Positions 50,681 through 64,000 of a stretch of DNA of 64,000 nucleotides are shown here, piece after piece. The stretch's first letter is position 1, and each line of letters starts with the position of its first letter. Both the position numbers and the translations under genes were made by a program. The stretch comes from Lingula anatina (Eukaryota > Animalia > Brachiopoda), in contig CM120641.1 of the NCBI GenBank assembly GCA_051362555.1, positions 32,618,401 to 32,682,400 on the forward strand, read 5' to 3'. Under the pieces are notes generated by a model. The model made no database searches. It was given only the letters and a program-made list of their open reading frames with translations, and was not told where the DNA came from.

Positions 50681-51571
50681 AACCTTAGCCGACACATGAA
50701 TAAATAAATTAATACATATATAAATTAATAAAATTGCTATCAATTTGAAATAGTGGCAGTGTTAAAACATTTATTTGATGAACTTTCCAAGAACAAAATC
50801 TTTGATCACTTTATCCCTTTATCTGCAACGCGACAAATGATTATGAAGATTATCGGACAAACATTCACATACTTTTATGTGATAAAAATGATAAAACATA
50901 CAAAAAAGATTTTAAACGAATAATATTTAGATAAAAAGAAAAAAATATAGGCCCTATATATATATATATACTGATGTGATGAGAAAAATCATGTTTGGTC
51001 CAAAACAACAGTTGAAGGGTGCTCCTTGTCAAGGGTTTTTTGACCATTCGTCTTATCTAGGTCCAATCTGAATAATATCGACAAATAAAATAAACCAGGA
51101 GCTGTTTCATACAGTACAAGTGCCTCGTTGGTTTTAGCCTAGCTGCAGCCAAGACATCACCGCAAAAGTTGAAAGTCTGTTTCCTAGTACCTTTTTATTT
51201 TCATCGGAGGTCAGAGTAAAGGAGGTTTGGGGGTGATTATCAAAATAATGCCTTTTGTCGCTGTTTTAACGTGTTTAGATGATACTAAAGACATTGTCTT
51301 AATACAATGAAGTCACATTAAAAAATGTAAAACTGATTTATTTGCTTTAATTACAAGATGACAGAATCATTTTCTTTTTCTCCTTTTGAATCTCAGTACA
51401 TCAATGTGTCATAGTCTCAATTTTGTTTTATCTTATGCTATTTTCTATTTTGGCCTTTTGAAAGCCGTACGGGCTAAAGAAATAACTGATAAAAATGCAT
51501 AATTTAGAGAAAATCAGGCAATTGGTATACTGTAGCCTACGCGGCTGTAGCCTAAGCTACGGCGGTTGTCT

Positions 51572-51803
51572 AGGACTGGGTTCCCATCCCTAGATCGATC
51601 TAACAGGATCGGTCCATCTCCACGGGGTTTCTCGCCAAATTGCTTTCAGCTTAAGTGGCTTATATGTATGGCACGCCTGCTAAAGCTGCTAAACGATAGT
51701 TAATTACCCCCTATCAGCTTCAGTGGGCGTGACAGACATCTAAGCCGAAATTAAACGAGAATCCCCTCGGAGATAGTTCGATCCAAAGTTAGTTACGATC
51801 CCC
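51572..51803. mobile_element. Palindromic MITE family B, copy 2
   Basis: Collinear with 11925-12182 (TTCCCAT..GATCG..GGCACGCC..AAACGATA..CTTCAGTGGGCGTGACAGACATCTAAGCC..GAATCCCCT..GGAGATAG). Confidence 0.75.
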
Positions 51804-53314
51804 GACGCATTGTACATTTTAGTATTATAATAATAATAATAATAATGATAATAATAAAACAAAGAGCCTAAGTGGACTTCCCCTCCTACCGAGATTCATG
51901 TTATAATCTGCGCCTGTTTGCGGTTCATATTTTGTCACCACGGTTGGTACAGTAACGGTATTACGCATTTCCAGCGTTTCTGCTATCATTTAGGGAGAGG
52001 TAGATGGATTAGAGAGGTACCATAACGTCTGTTCAGTTTTACAAGGTGAAACTGGAGAAGTGGGTAAGTTTTATGCCCTTCTAAGAGTTTGATATATACT
52101 CTGCTTTTTAGTAGCACCTAGTTCCATGCGACCTTAGAATTTGTTTGGCTTATTGATTAGGCCTACCCTCTCTCACCTGACTCCCCCTAAAATGTTCCAC
52201 ACTTACAAAAATCAATAATCGTATGGCAGATTTATACAGGCAATTGACCTATTTATTTTCAATGCAGTTATCTTCACTTTTTTCGCTGTTTTATGACTTT
52301 AGATTGAAAACGTGATACACGTTGATCAAAAAAAAAGGTCAACGCGGAGGGATCCAGGACGAAGAGATGAGAAAAAAATAGAAACCAGAAAACTGTTCAT
52401 AAGTCAAAATATTTAAAACCAAGATAATGTACATGTCGTTGTTTAAAGATTTGAGTTCCCTTTCGAGTGTTTTAGTGAAAAGGGAACCTGTGCTTGTATA
52501 AAAGGATAATTATTCACGATCATTTAGGTGTTCTTGGCGTAAAATCACGTCTTGCCATACAATCCAGTTTTGTACTAAAAAGGAATTTTTCTTAAACAGT
52601 TTTATGAATTTAATCAAAACGACTAGCAATTTTCAGGGCATCTATATATAATTATCGAATATTGGCATGTTCTTATATTTTTTGTCGGCAACAATAAATT
52701 CAGAAGTTTCATTATGGTACAAAATGCGCGCCATTTAAATAACAAGACTAACTTTCCAAGGGATTCCAATATTTCCCCCCTTAAATTAGTTAGATATTCC
52801 ATATCGAAGACCGTTAACAAAACTGAACAAAATTACGTCCCGTAAACCCGTTTGAAACTCGGATTTGAGTCGCTCTCAAAATGGAGACAGAGACTGATAA
52901 ATTTAAAACTAGAAAGCAGGTTTATAGGTCTACTGTATCTGTGTATGTTAGATTGTAATTTTCTCTCCATTTTTTTTTTGGTAGGGTAAGATTTAAGATT
53001 TAAAATGTACCTAAATGTATAATATTGATAATATTAAGAATGAGTACATATATTTAAGTTTAAAATCCATATAAAATTTTCAGTAGACTTTACAAGGGTA
53101 AATTAACAAAAAAGAAAAAAAGTTACATTCAGCACCAAAGACAGACAAAGTTGCCGATCTCTGTCGATTACATATGTCAATTTTTTGCCTGATTTCTCAA
53201 GGATAAGACAGTGCCTACTGAGACGCTTCTGATGGACTAGGGGGAAAGGGATGAGAGCCATATCTGGAACAAGTGCCCCTCCCCATTCAGATTGTGTCCC
53301 ACTTTCCCATTAAA

Positions 53315-53353
53315 GTCACGTGCCTGTCACATGACCAAACATACAAGATGGCG
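53315..53353 (+). promoter_or_regulatory. EPG5 promoter with tandem E-box/CLEAR-like sites and a YY1-like start context
   Basis: GTCACGTG at 53315-53322, GTCACATGAC at 53326-53335, and CAAGATGGCG spanning the ATG. Confidence 0.6.
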
Positions 53354-56300
53354 GAAGCAGTGAAAGAGAGGAAACCTAAAAAATCAAAGGTGAAATATTC
53401 AAATTGTTTTCATTCTGTATGTACGTTTGAATATTTGTGATCCCGATTTCGTTTTGGGATTTGCAGTCATGATGTTCCATTTGCATTTTAAGAACGAGAA
53501 GTCTTAGAAGTAATTTTCGTTTTAGATAACTATTTTGACTCTTAGTCAGCTGACCGTAGATATTGCAAATTGCTGTGTATGGCATCATGCCATGTATTCC
53601 TGAACTGTGCGTGTATGCTCTACAATATTTGAAAATGTTTCATTGAAAGAGTCCAAATTCCATCAGTTTGGGACACGCATAGACTCAGTTTTGCTATGTG
53701 TTTAATGTGCCGACATTGTACGATGTGCATGTACAGTACAAGTTTGTACACTAGTGTATTGTTAAATGTTAACTGTAATAAGGGAGTCGGGGGTGGGGGT
53801 TGAGGGGGTGAGTTGGGGTAGGGGTGGGGTTGTACAGAGTATTTACATGTATACATGGTACATAGTATGCTACTTGTATTAACAGTCTTAAACTCCAATC
53901 TTGAGATGGTGTATTAGCCTAGATGAGAGATGATTTTTGCAGACTCTCCATGGTTCCTACCTGACCAATGCAATACAATACAATACAATACAATACATTA
54001 CAATACAATACAATACAATACAATACAATACAATACAATACAATAAATTTTATTTCATGTCGGGTATAAATTGAAAGGCAACATTAGCTTTATAGCTATT
54101 CGCCGACCAATCAAATATGAAGCAGAAAAAATTCTTTTGCTAGAAGTATAGATAGAACAGGCGAAGTAAACAAGCCTGTGGGAAGCATAACTTGGCCAGC
54201 AGATGATTTCTTGAAGGGGAATATGAAACTTGAATTATTAAAGAATAGGGAATTTAGGGTCCTGTTGTTGTAGAAGCCAAGATACGTGTTCATGTTTTAC
54301 TGATAAGGTTGAAGAAAGCTGAAACTTGTTTGATTTGTAAAATGTTTATTATTCCAGGTTAAAAGTAAAGGCAAGAAAACCAAAAGTACCGAACCAGGTG
54401 ATAACATTGGAGAGGAGGATGAAAAAGTGGAAGAACTAAGTGGACAGCAAGTAGTTCAGAAAGACAAACTGAGTCCTGAACCTGGAAGTGATAAGTCAAC
54501 AGAAATTGACAGCCCTTTGCAAAATGAGGAAAAAGAATCAAGTAGAAAAAACATTGACGTTCCAGAGGAAAGTGAGGGAAAGCTGGCATCAGTCATCAAC
54601 ACACCTGTTGATACTGAAGTTTTAAATGAAAATTTGCCACCAGATGTGCATTTAGAAAATAGCTCATCTGAAAGTCGCTCTGGTGAAAAACAGCATGAAA
54701 AAGAAGAAGAAAGTTTACCAGTAGACAATGACATTACTGAATCTACCAATAAAGATCAGTCCTTCAAAATACTTGAGGAGGATTCTGTTAACCATGTCGC
54801 ACCTGAAGAAGGGACAACATTAGAAAATCAAAAACAAGAAAACACTTCAAATGCAACTGAAGAATTGTTCAGTGCTACTAAAAGCATATCACAAGGCATG
54901 GTTGAAGAACAAGAAGAAACTAAGGTTAAATCTTCAAATGTAACACAAGTGAAGTCAATTGAACAAAGTGCAAAAACTTCTGTGGCAGTAGAAGAACATA
55001 CCAAAAGAAAAAGTAAAGTGGTCCACAGGAAGATCTATCCTCAGTTGAAGGAGTTACTTAGTCCTGATATAATCCTCAGACCATTTTCAGATGAGCAGCT
55101 GAAGTCACTGTATTACAACCCGCTTTTAGAACATCAGCAAGTGTTTGTGGATGACTTCTTACAGGTAAAAGATGGCATAAATGTAAACATTGCTCTCTCA
55201 GTGAAGTCTCTAATTTTGACTCTAGGAATTAGGGTTCATTGAAATAAATTGTGATTCTTTATGTATAGGAACTATTTGATGGTGTTGTTAGCCAAACAGA
55301 TCTATGGGTTGTAGAAATTATCCTCTTTATCTTCATCTCCCAACATTTTGCAAACCAAGACCAATACAATCGTCCTGGGTTTTTTTTTTAGGTATGGACC
55401 TTTGACTTGTTTTTTACTGCAGCCCTGGGGTGATTGGTCTTCTTAATGTATTCATTATTACCAGCTAACAATTTCATTAGATGAAATGAAAATATAACAG
55501 CATATGTTTTATTTATATAGTTATCTTCATTTTCAGCAAGCACAGCAGGACAAACATGAGTTTTATGAACTGTTGATGAACTACTACAGGGCCCGTGTCA
55601 ATTATGTCAATGGTGAAGGAGAGTTAAGTGGCTTACAAAAAGAATTCAAAAGGCAGGAAGAAATGGTGTGGGTGACATCAGAGCACATCGCAACAGCTCA
55701 AGTAAGAAAAAAGTGCTTTTTGTTCAGAAAAAATTTTAGGTTTTTTTGCATGTTTTTGATAAAATTTAGGGAAAGATCTACATATCCCAGAAAGAAAAAT
55801 CAGTCGCACTCTTAAGCCCAAATAAACATTTTTCATTCTTAGGAATGTTCCAAATGACAACTTTGTTTTCAAAAATTCAGGAGTACCTTCACCCTTTAAA
55901 GAATATTCCTCTCTTATTCATTGTCTTTTTTCTACAGTGACTTCAAATGGTGTGTTAAACTGAACCAAGCTGTTCAAAATATCCGAAGATATTTAGAATT
56001 ATACCATGAAATCATTAGTTTTTTTCACCTAAAAATAATAACATTGTTTTTTTTATCCAGGGTACCTGTTTGGACAAAGTCAGTGTGTCAGAAAATCACC
56101 AGTATTTACAAGTGACATTTGATGACAAGGTTGCAGGGGATATTAATAAATCGCTAAGCAGCATTAGGACAGCATTATATGACTCCTTGGCATTGCATGC
56201 ATATTCAGCTCAGCTTTCTAGGTTGGTAAAAGTATTAAAGGCATTAAAAGGAATATGCTCAATTTGTCTTTTTGATTAATTGAAACTAAGATCGGATTAT

Positions 56301-59300
56301 CACAATTTATTAATTTTTTTATTACAGTAACCATGGTGATATGATAGTGATAATCAGGTTGTTACAAACAATAAGTCAGATTTTGACATGCCTGTTGTTT
56401 CTTTCAGTTAAGTTCATTGTGTTGCATATGATGCATGCATGAATAATGTGGATAGTTTCCATTCTGTTTGTTATTAGGTTAATACTTAGTCATTTTTACA
56501 TAAATATCTACCTCAATGTTCATTCTTACAATGAAATTGATTGGTGTATTTTCCCCTCAGGCTTCAAGTTGAGTCCTACATTCATCAACTTTACATAAAT
56601 TGCCCCATTCTACAAGAAATTCCCAGAAATGCACCGGTTCAAGGTAAAGCTATGTTATAGAATGTAAGATTTTCTACATAGTTTTATGTCTTGAATGCTG
56701 CTTAAAATATATATTCTTCGTGTTAGCAGTTTCTAGTCCATGTGATCACTGTTTGTGCAAAGTTAAGGTAAATTATATTTCTGTAAATGCATAGTTTGGT
56801 TATACTGGGGTTTGTTTACACATTTGTGATTTATAGAATTAGATTAAAAGTGAACAAAATCTTTGTGACGGTTCTTCAACATGACTGTTTGAAGATCCAA
56901 AGAAACTTTTTTATGTAAAGGAATTTATTGAGCATATACAACAAACTCAATATTTATGCTTTTGTTGTAGCTTTTTTGCCAGAGCAAAGGAGTCCACAAG
57001 CAGATCAGCAAATGTCAATGTTGAAGAAGTGCATAAGTATTCTTTTTCTATTCCAAAGAAGACCTGTGAAAGATGAGCAGTTCACTCAGGATGCTAGAAT
57101 GTGGCTCACAAGATTGGTATAGTCCTTGTTCTGGCTTTTTTTAAATTATTTTGTCCAAACTGAATTTGTCTCTGTTTGTTGATAGACACACTTCGTTGAA
57201 TAAGATATAAAATATAAAAACTGTATTAATTGTGTTGAGGACTTCTTTTAATATACATGTACAGACTCTGTCAGTTGAAAATGTTAGCAAATTGCTACAT
57301 ACATTGTTTTTATAGCTTTCTATCTTTTGCATTATTAGGTGGCAAGTTTACTGAGGATAGCCACATTGGAAGACCACTGGTTTATATTAAACCATGTGCT
57401 GCGCTGCCCAGCAGGTGTGGGCAAGTGGGCCAGTAATTATATCCAGCTTGTCCAGCCCAGATTGTCCAGGGGGCAGAGCTCCCTTGGAGGACCCTTGCTG
57501 GACAACTTCATAGCCATGCTGGCCACTTTGATGTTACCTGTGAAGTATGTAAAGCCTGTGGTATTGTGCAGTATTGTTGTGCACTGTTAAATGATAATTT
57601 ACTGTTACAGTTTTGTTGGGGAATAACATCACTGAAGAAATTGCTATCAACTGATTTGTTAACTATATGTTCTTCTGGTAGTGATATGCATTTTATAAAA
57701 ATTTGAAATATAGTTTGGTGCTCATAAATTACTATCAAGTAAATTCCTTTATTATTATTATTATTATGCTAAAATGATGCTATTCAGTACTTTAGCATAT
57801 GATTATATCTGAATAATGGGAGGTATGAGAATGTTGTGTTTTTATCTCTGTTTATCTGTTAATCACCAGCTTAACTCAAAAAGTTTGGTATTGATTTTGA
57901 TAAAATTTTCAGGATAGGTCAAAAAGGGGCCAACGTGAAAGTGATAAGATTTTGGTGATGATCCATGAATTATATTTGTTAATTATTTGTTTTGGGAGAG
58001 GTCTGCACTCTTTGAGTGCTTTTCTAGTTGTGTATTGTATTGTTGTTGTGAAACAGGCTAATCTACAAGTGATAAGATTTTGGTGATGACCCATTATTTA
58101 ATTAATTAATGAATGATTAATTATAAGTGAATTATTCATTTTGACATAGGTTTGCACTTTCTGAGTGCTTTTCTAGTTATTGTATTGTTTTTCTCTCCCA
58201 GGGCCAGGACTGACTTTCTCAGTCATATGAATGTGTCCTTGACCCCCTCAGCAGACAATGGGGTGGACAACCCCTGGGTGCTGGTAGACTCAGATGGAGA
58301 GGAGGTACCAAACAATATGAACCATTTGCTTTAGAATAGTGAGCTTGTGTGGTGCAACACTGCAAGAAAATATGTACCGGTGTATATGTATTAATTGTGA
58401 ATATTGAGCAGTTTCATCAGATGAGTTGTATTTCCATAAAAATGTTAGGATTCCACACATTTTGCATGATTTCTGGTTAACAGCATTAAGTTTCTTCATA
58501 TCATATTATAACAGGAACAGAATACACTCATTTCTCAAACAAAGACCTACTTTTTTCAAATTGGTTTATCCACAACAAATACACAGACAAAAGTAGACAT
58601 ATATATGTAGGTGGACATAAAGTATAAGTAGTATTATTACCAGGGTACAAGTATTATGTCCTGTAGTTATCTTGTGACAAAAATATATCATGGAAGAAAA
58701 TTAAAAAATAGAAAGAAAAAATATTATAGCAACAGATTACTTTTAAGTAATTAAAATTAGTTTTGTTTGTTTTGGAAACAGTAAGAGCGAGAGTATTGTA
58801 TTTTTGAAGGATGAAGACCCAGCCAACAGTTGGCAGTACTTGCAGGAGAATGATGTGGTGGCTCTGTTGCATCAGTTTCCATTAGATGCCGTGTTCAGGC
58901 ATGCTTTACTTATAGAGACAGACGAAGAAGGTCAGGACATACTCTTATTCAATTTGTGCAGTTGTGATTATGTAAAAAAATATATATATACATTAGTAAT
59001 TAGAATAATAAAACTTTGACTGGCATAATTGAATAGATGAGAAAAAAACAGTATAAATGGACAATGTGGTATAATTCTTATGACTGAAATAAGTGTTGAT
59101 TTGAGATAAAGGCTGGAATATTTAACAAGTCATTATATATTTTTCATTTTAGGACAAGATCTTTATTTTATACATAAAAGTTCAGAGCAGTCCATGCTCA
59201 GGTTGTTTGCCTTTGCCACTAGTCTCATGAAGATTTTAGGACAAGGTTTGCAGACTTTCAAACTAGGAAGATACAGGCAGTTTAACAAGAGAATTGGAAG

Positions 59301-62300
59301 ATTGGTCAGGTAGATGCCAGCGTTTTGTGTTCTAGTTAATATAAGGGTCATGTCTAGGTTTGGCATTATATGAACCCTAATTGATGAACATATTAAAATA
59401 AGTATGTTTATGTTTTTGTTGTTGATGTTGTTGTTTATTGTTGTTAAATGGAGACAGAAAACAGGCCTTGGTTGACTCTTCATCTTTTTTCATTTTTTAC
59501 AGATTGATTGAACTTAGCTGAACTGTGTTTGCAGAAAAAACAAATATTGTATACATGATTTTTAAATGATATTCCTCAATTTCATAATTAAGGCATACCA
59601 TTCAGTTTGTGTCTGACCACTGGATGAACTTCAAAAGTGCATTTACGCACCTCCCAGAGCAGTCCAAGCAAAGGCTACAGCTTGAACTTGATCATGTTTT
59701 TATGAGGGCAACTGACTGCATTCTTTCTGCACAGAAGTGAGTATGGATCCCATGTTTTTTCAATGTGGTGATTCGTTATGCAGATTCGAAATAACCAACT
59801 TTTATGCTTTGCTGGAAATATACAGGGACATAACCAGACCTTTTAAAATTGTACTCACAGATTTTCAAAATGCCCAGGTAGAGCTGAGCCTTAGTCTTGG
59901 TATATTCATTGGTTGCAATATGGCAGTTATAATACTTTAAAAAAGTAGGGGGTTCAGTTATTGAATGAACAAATGTTGTAATATAGATAATTTGATGGTA
60001 AATAAAGGTTTTTAATAAATTCAAATATAAGACAAGAACAAGGAAATAGTTTTTTATAACTTGTCATTTCTTACTGATTGAAAGTTCTTTTTACTTTTTG
60101 ATTTTTTTTCAGGCTTGGGTCATGGCAATTCATGGCTGATATGCCATATGGCAGTGTTTCCATGGAGATGATGTGGAAGTTACTATGGTTACTACATTTT
60201 GTTGATGCAGGGGAAACAGTGCAATTTTCAGTAGAGATTTGCAAGCAGAAAATGAAAGGTGACATAGTAGAAATGTTAAATATATGTGATTTTAGAAATT
60301 ATTTTTGTGATGCTGCTGACAGTAGACTGGCTGTAAAAGAGTCCAAAATCACAAATCAGTGTAAAGAACTAGAGATTTCTTCAACATTTACACAATGCAT
60401 GTAAGACATTGACAAAGTGAAAACTGGTTTCTAGACTGAAATCCTGAATTTTGCAGATCCTGACAGCAAACTCGCTTTTGAGGAGAAACTGCTGGCAATG
60501 CCTCTCTCAGAGGCCACCTACTTGTTGACAGCATTCACCAATATGGCCAGGTCCAGGCCTCCTGAGGACATAGAGTTTGTTAATGCCATCACAGAGGAAA
60601 TGTTTGAGGTTGGGTTTTTGGACACATTGGATTTAAAGGATTTTGGTTGCATTTTACCTTAAAATTTAAATACATGTTGGTCTTTTGGAATGTTTTACAA
60701 GATTTACTTTGCATATGAAATAACAAAAGATTCATTTCTCTGTTTTTGTTTTTCATCTCTTTTGATAGTATTTACGATACATAATTTTTGTAGATATCCT
60801 ATGTGAGCACTCATACCAGAGAATTCTGCGCCAAGACTGGCCGGCAGCTCCTGTCCACACTGGCCACGTCACATCCATGTATTATTTCTACTCTGCTGCG
60901 GCTAATACAGCAACACCTTGACACAATTGGAATGGTAAGTCAGGCCTGATAACTGTCTGCTATCTGTTATTTTAAGTATACACATACTGCTTACTATACT
61001 TTTTGCCATAAGCTGAGTCTCTCTGAGTCACATTTAGCTGGACCCTAATTCATGGACATTTCTCTGAAGTTGTAGTCATTTTGCTTCAAACCTATGGTGA
61101 TTACTCACTGCTTTCTAATGCAGGTCGGGTTTAAAAATGGACAGGATCTGTTTATTCCCAGAGTTTGAATAGTTTTGTATTATTTTATTTTTCTTTATGT
61201 GTAAATTGATTTAGATGTCTGTACAATTGTCAGCTATTGCTGGCTTGTTTTAAGCTGACGGCAAGAGTAGATGTACACATTGCCACTGCATTTGGGTACT
61301 AATATAGAGTTTTAAAAGATATGTACTTGTTCTTGGTAGCCTTGATAGAGTACAGTGTTAAACTTCGGTTACCTCTGTAAATAAAAGAAAGGTTTATTTC
61401 CTCTGAGTATTTTGGCTTGGACATCATCAACTTTTTCAACTGGTGTGGTGTGATAGGAGAATAATATTCTTTACACCATATGTAGAAATGCAGCTGGGTG
61501 GTATTTTTCAGTGATATAAGAAATAAAATTAACATTACTTATTGTTAAGTACCTTTGGTTCAAAATAATAATAATTGATAATATTTCTGTAAATGATGAA
61601 ATATAAACATTATTATTATACCATTGAAGTCTCCACTGGAACATGAAAACTTTATACAGGTATTAATTATTAAAAAAAGTATGCTTTTAGTATTTTGTTG
61701 ATTTTCTTCTTTTGCACAAATTTCTATGTTGTGTTGTATCAGACATGCTTAAAAATTAGGAATATGTTGTTGAATTTACTCCCATATTTATCCAAGTCAG
61801 TTTTATTTTGCAAAATAAAAATTAGTTATGTTCTACCTTTGGGTGGTAGAAAGCCCTATGTTCAGTTAAATGATCTTTTAATCATTCACACAAGGAAAGG
61901 ACCTTGAATGTATCCCCTTACAACTTTTATTTGGTTTGACATCCCTTACATTTGACTAAAAAACTAGTATTTATTTTGAGTTGGTTTCAATTATTTTGCT
62001 TTCAGCTCTCTGACCACAAAACAAAATTGTTCACGGTACATTTTCTGTAGGGGTGGTTTTGGGGCATATATCCTTTTAATGTTTCTTTTTGCACTGGTCA
62101 ATTGTATGTCAATGTTTTTCTCTTTTTAACAGTGGGTCTTGATGGCTTCAGAAATGTTTCTAATCAAATGTATTTATTTGCTTTTTGAGCACTTTTCTTA
62201 ATTTTTTTTTTTTTGTTCTCTAATTAAAAAAAAAAGAATTTGTTTTCTCATACTAAATCTGATTTCAATGAAATGTCAGAGGAAAAGGCATACTCATCAT

Positions 62301-64000
62301 GACTGTTGGCAAATCTTTTTTGTGGTTGTTGTATTTATAGCAATGGAATGGTCCCTACTTCCCCTGTATGTGCCATTTTTATTTTCTTTTGATTCTAACA
62401 AAAAGATGCCAAGCTTTATGTTGTAGAAGATTTAAAATGGGAATACTTGCTACTACTAGTGTGATAACAATTACTGCACCTTGGTATATGTTGTTATTTA
62501 CTTTTGGTTGTGGTAAACAAATGCATCATTCAATTTTTTTTACTGTGACAGCTTAACAGTAACATTTTCCAATAAAATGCATGCATATTTGGATTTGCAT
62601 AAAAATGAAAGCACGGCGATTTTTCAGTAAGCGCAGTCAGAACAGATGATCTGTGGACTAACTGATCTGCCGACCAAATATGGCTAGCCCCAGTGCTTAA
62701 AAGCAGCATTATTTAATCTCCTGATGGTCTCCCTGCCTCCACATGTGCCATTTAACGGATTAACTCTCGGCTCCAAGGTTAGATTGCAAGGGCCCTGCAG
62801 CGATGGTGTGTGTGGTGGCAGGAGGCCATCAGGAGATTAGTAAACACTGCTGTTAAATGAGTCAGCCATATTTAGTCCACAGATTTGTTAGTCCGCGGAT
62901 CAGCTTGTTCAGTATGCCCTCAATATCAAAAAGAACACAGTCCCTTGTGAACTATGAAGAATATAACCCAGAACCTTATTTCCTTTCAGTGGGTCCTATT
63001 CTTGAGGTTCCCTTTGGACTGGCCTCTACTTGTTTATCAGTAGGCACAGTATGAAAATAGACTTTAGAATCTGTGTTTTGGCAGACAAAGCAGATGATGG
63101 AATGCTAGTACATTTTGAACATATCAGTTAGTTTTAATTGATCATTTTAAGCAATTAGATGAAATCTTGTTTCAGTAGAAGTGGATAAACAGTTAGTGAC
63201 ATATTCTTATTGTAATGGAGTGAAATAGGTTTTTCATTTTCTCTTGTTTAAAATTGGTGAAAACTATTTTTTATTTTCAATTTACTCTGACATTTCAGGT
63301 GTCCATGTATCTGTTCCGTGAATTGCCACTGTTTTTATGGGAGCTTACCAGTGAAGATCTTGAGACTATTCACCACTGGGTGTTGAACTTGCCATTGGTT
63401 TCCACAGAAAACCAGCTGGGGAGACTCATACTCAGCCGGCTCAATTATGGTCTAACCAAGCAGGTAGATAGTGTCTCTTCTTTGAACTTATTTGTGTGTT
63501 AATCCATCAAATTAACCATTTGATGTATATGAAAATATTATTGTATCTTTTATTGTTTGTATGGTCAGTAAAACCCTAGTAAGGTAGATATGCAAATTTT
63601 GACCTTGATGCAGATAACTTCTATATTTTTCTATAGCTCATTAATTCTTAATACCAAAACAAAGAGAATAGTGCCATACATAGTCATTTTAGCCAGTTCC
63701 TAATGCTAAGACTCCACTTGTTAAGCTACCTTAGAAAAATAAAATTCAGTTTAAAAATGATTGACTTCAGTAATATGTGAATATATTATAAGGGAAGGTA
63801 TTCAAAATAAAATGCCATTCATTTATAACTTAAAGCACATCTGTACCTGATGTCTCATTCTTATGTCCAATAATTTTCTTCAGGAAGATCGATTGTTCCT
63901 TGACATAGCATTCCATCGTAAGATAGCCATTTTGATAGTAGAATCGTACCTGAAGCAAGTGGCAGCAAAGGGGATGAGTGGGGTTATCACAGAAGGAGTC
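53348..64000 (+). CDS. EPG5: Ectopic P granules protein 5 homolog (autophagosome-lysosome tether), 5' part; runs off the window
   Basis: Exons 53348-53389 (MAEAVKERKPKKSK), 54358-55164, 55537-55701, 56061-56221, 56561-56643, 56971-57116, 57339-57544, 58202-58304, 58810-58930, 59153-59309, 59593-59736, 60113-60258, 60457-60608, 60794-60934, 63299-63463, 63884-64000+. Recognisable motifs: IYPQL, PFSDEQLKSLY, HEFYELLMNYYRAR, SRLQVESYI, LKKCISILFLF, DHWFILNHVLRCPAGVGKWA, WVLVDSDGEEDED, QFVSDHW, WQFMADMPYG, YLFRELPLFLW. Confidence 0.93.
53966..54045. repeat. (CAATA)n pentanucleotide microsatellite
   Basis: About 16 units in EPG5 intron 1. Confidence 0.9.
57819..58178 (+). mobile_element. Degenerate HINE-like element with a tandemly duplicated 3' end, in an EPG5 intron
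   Basis: Shares GATTTTGATAAAATTTTCAG with 1349-1782. The 3' module GTGATAAGATTTTGGTGATGA...GG(T)YTGCACTYTYTGAGTGCTTTTCTAGTT occurs twice (~57941-58029 and ~58069-58178). Confidence 0.65.
62635..62915. mobile_element. Palindromic MITE family A, copy 2, in an EPG5 intron
   Basis: TIR-like ends GAACAGATGATCTGTGGACTAAC / GTTAGTCCGCGGATCAGCTTGTTC. The core matches the reverse complement of 5170-5230. Confidence 0.75.

Noticed and set aside
54456-54749. Antisense ORFs over exons (also 29647-29835, 30331-30762, 41107-41328, 43128-43454, 46015-46215)
   Set aside because: They are shadows of real LMAN1, SMAD4 or EPG5 exons on the opposite strand.

Overview
AT-rich, intron-rich animal genomic DNA from an invertebrate, probably a lophotrochozoan/mollusc (inferred, not proven). 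I assembled four spliced protein-coding genes by hand from GT-AG sites and reading-frame continuity. (1) An unannotated minus-strand gene (1858-8452, 5' exon not found) whose central helices align without gaps to vertebrate secretogranin III as I recall it. (2) Complete LMAN1/ERGIC-53 (+, 21029-31626). (3) Complete SMAD4/Medea (-, 36015-46209). (4) The 5' part of EPG5 (+, 53348 to the window end). Introns and spacers hold many non-autonomous DNA transposons: a very young 937-bp foldback with an 8-bp TSD, Harbinger-, MULE-, Kolobok- and Helentron-like MITEs, a decayed LINE fragment and microsatellites. The most notable observations are the putative invertebrate granin beside three genes whose human orthologues lie on 18q, a SMAD4 linker minisatellite in which each unit carries a 5' splice donor, and the foldback hairpin in a SMAD4 MH2 intron. 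All homology statements come from memory of the families; no searches were run.
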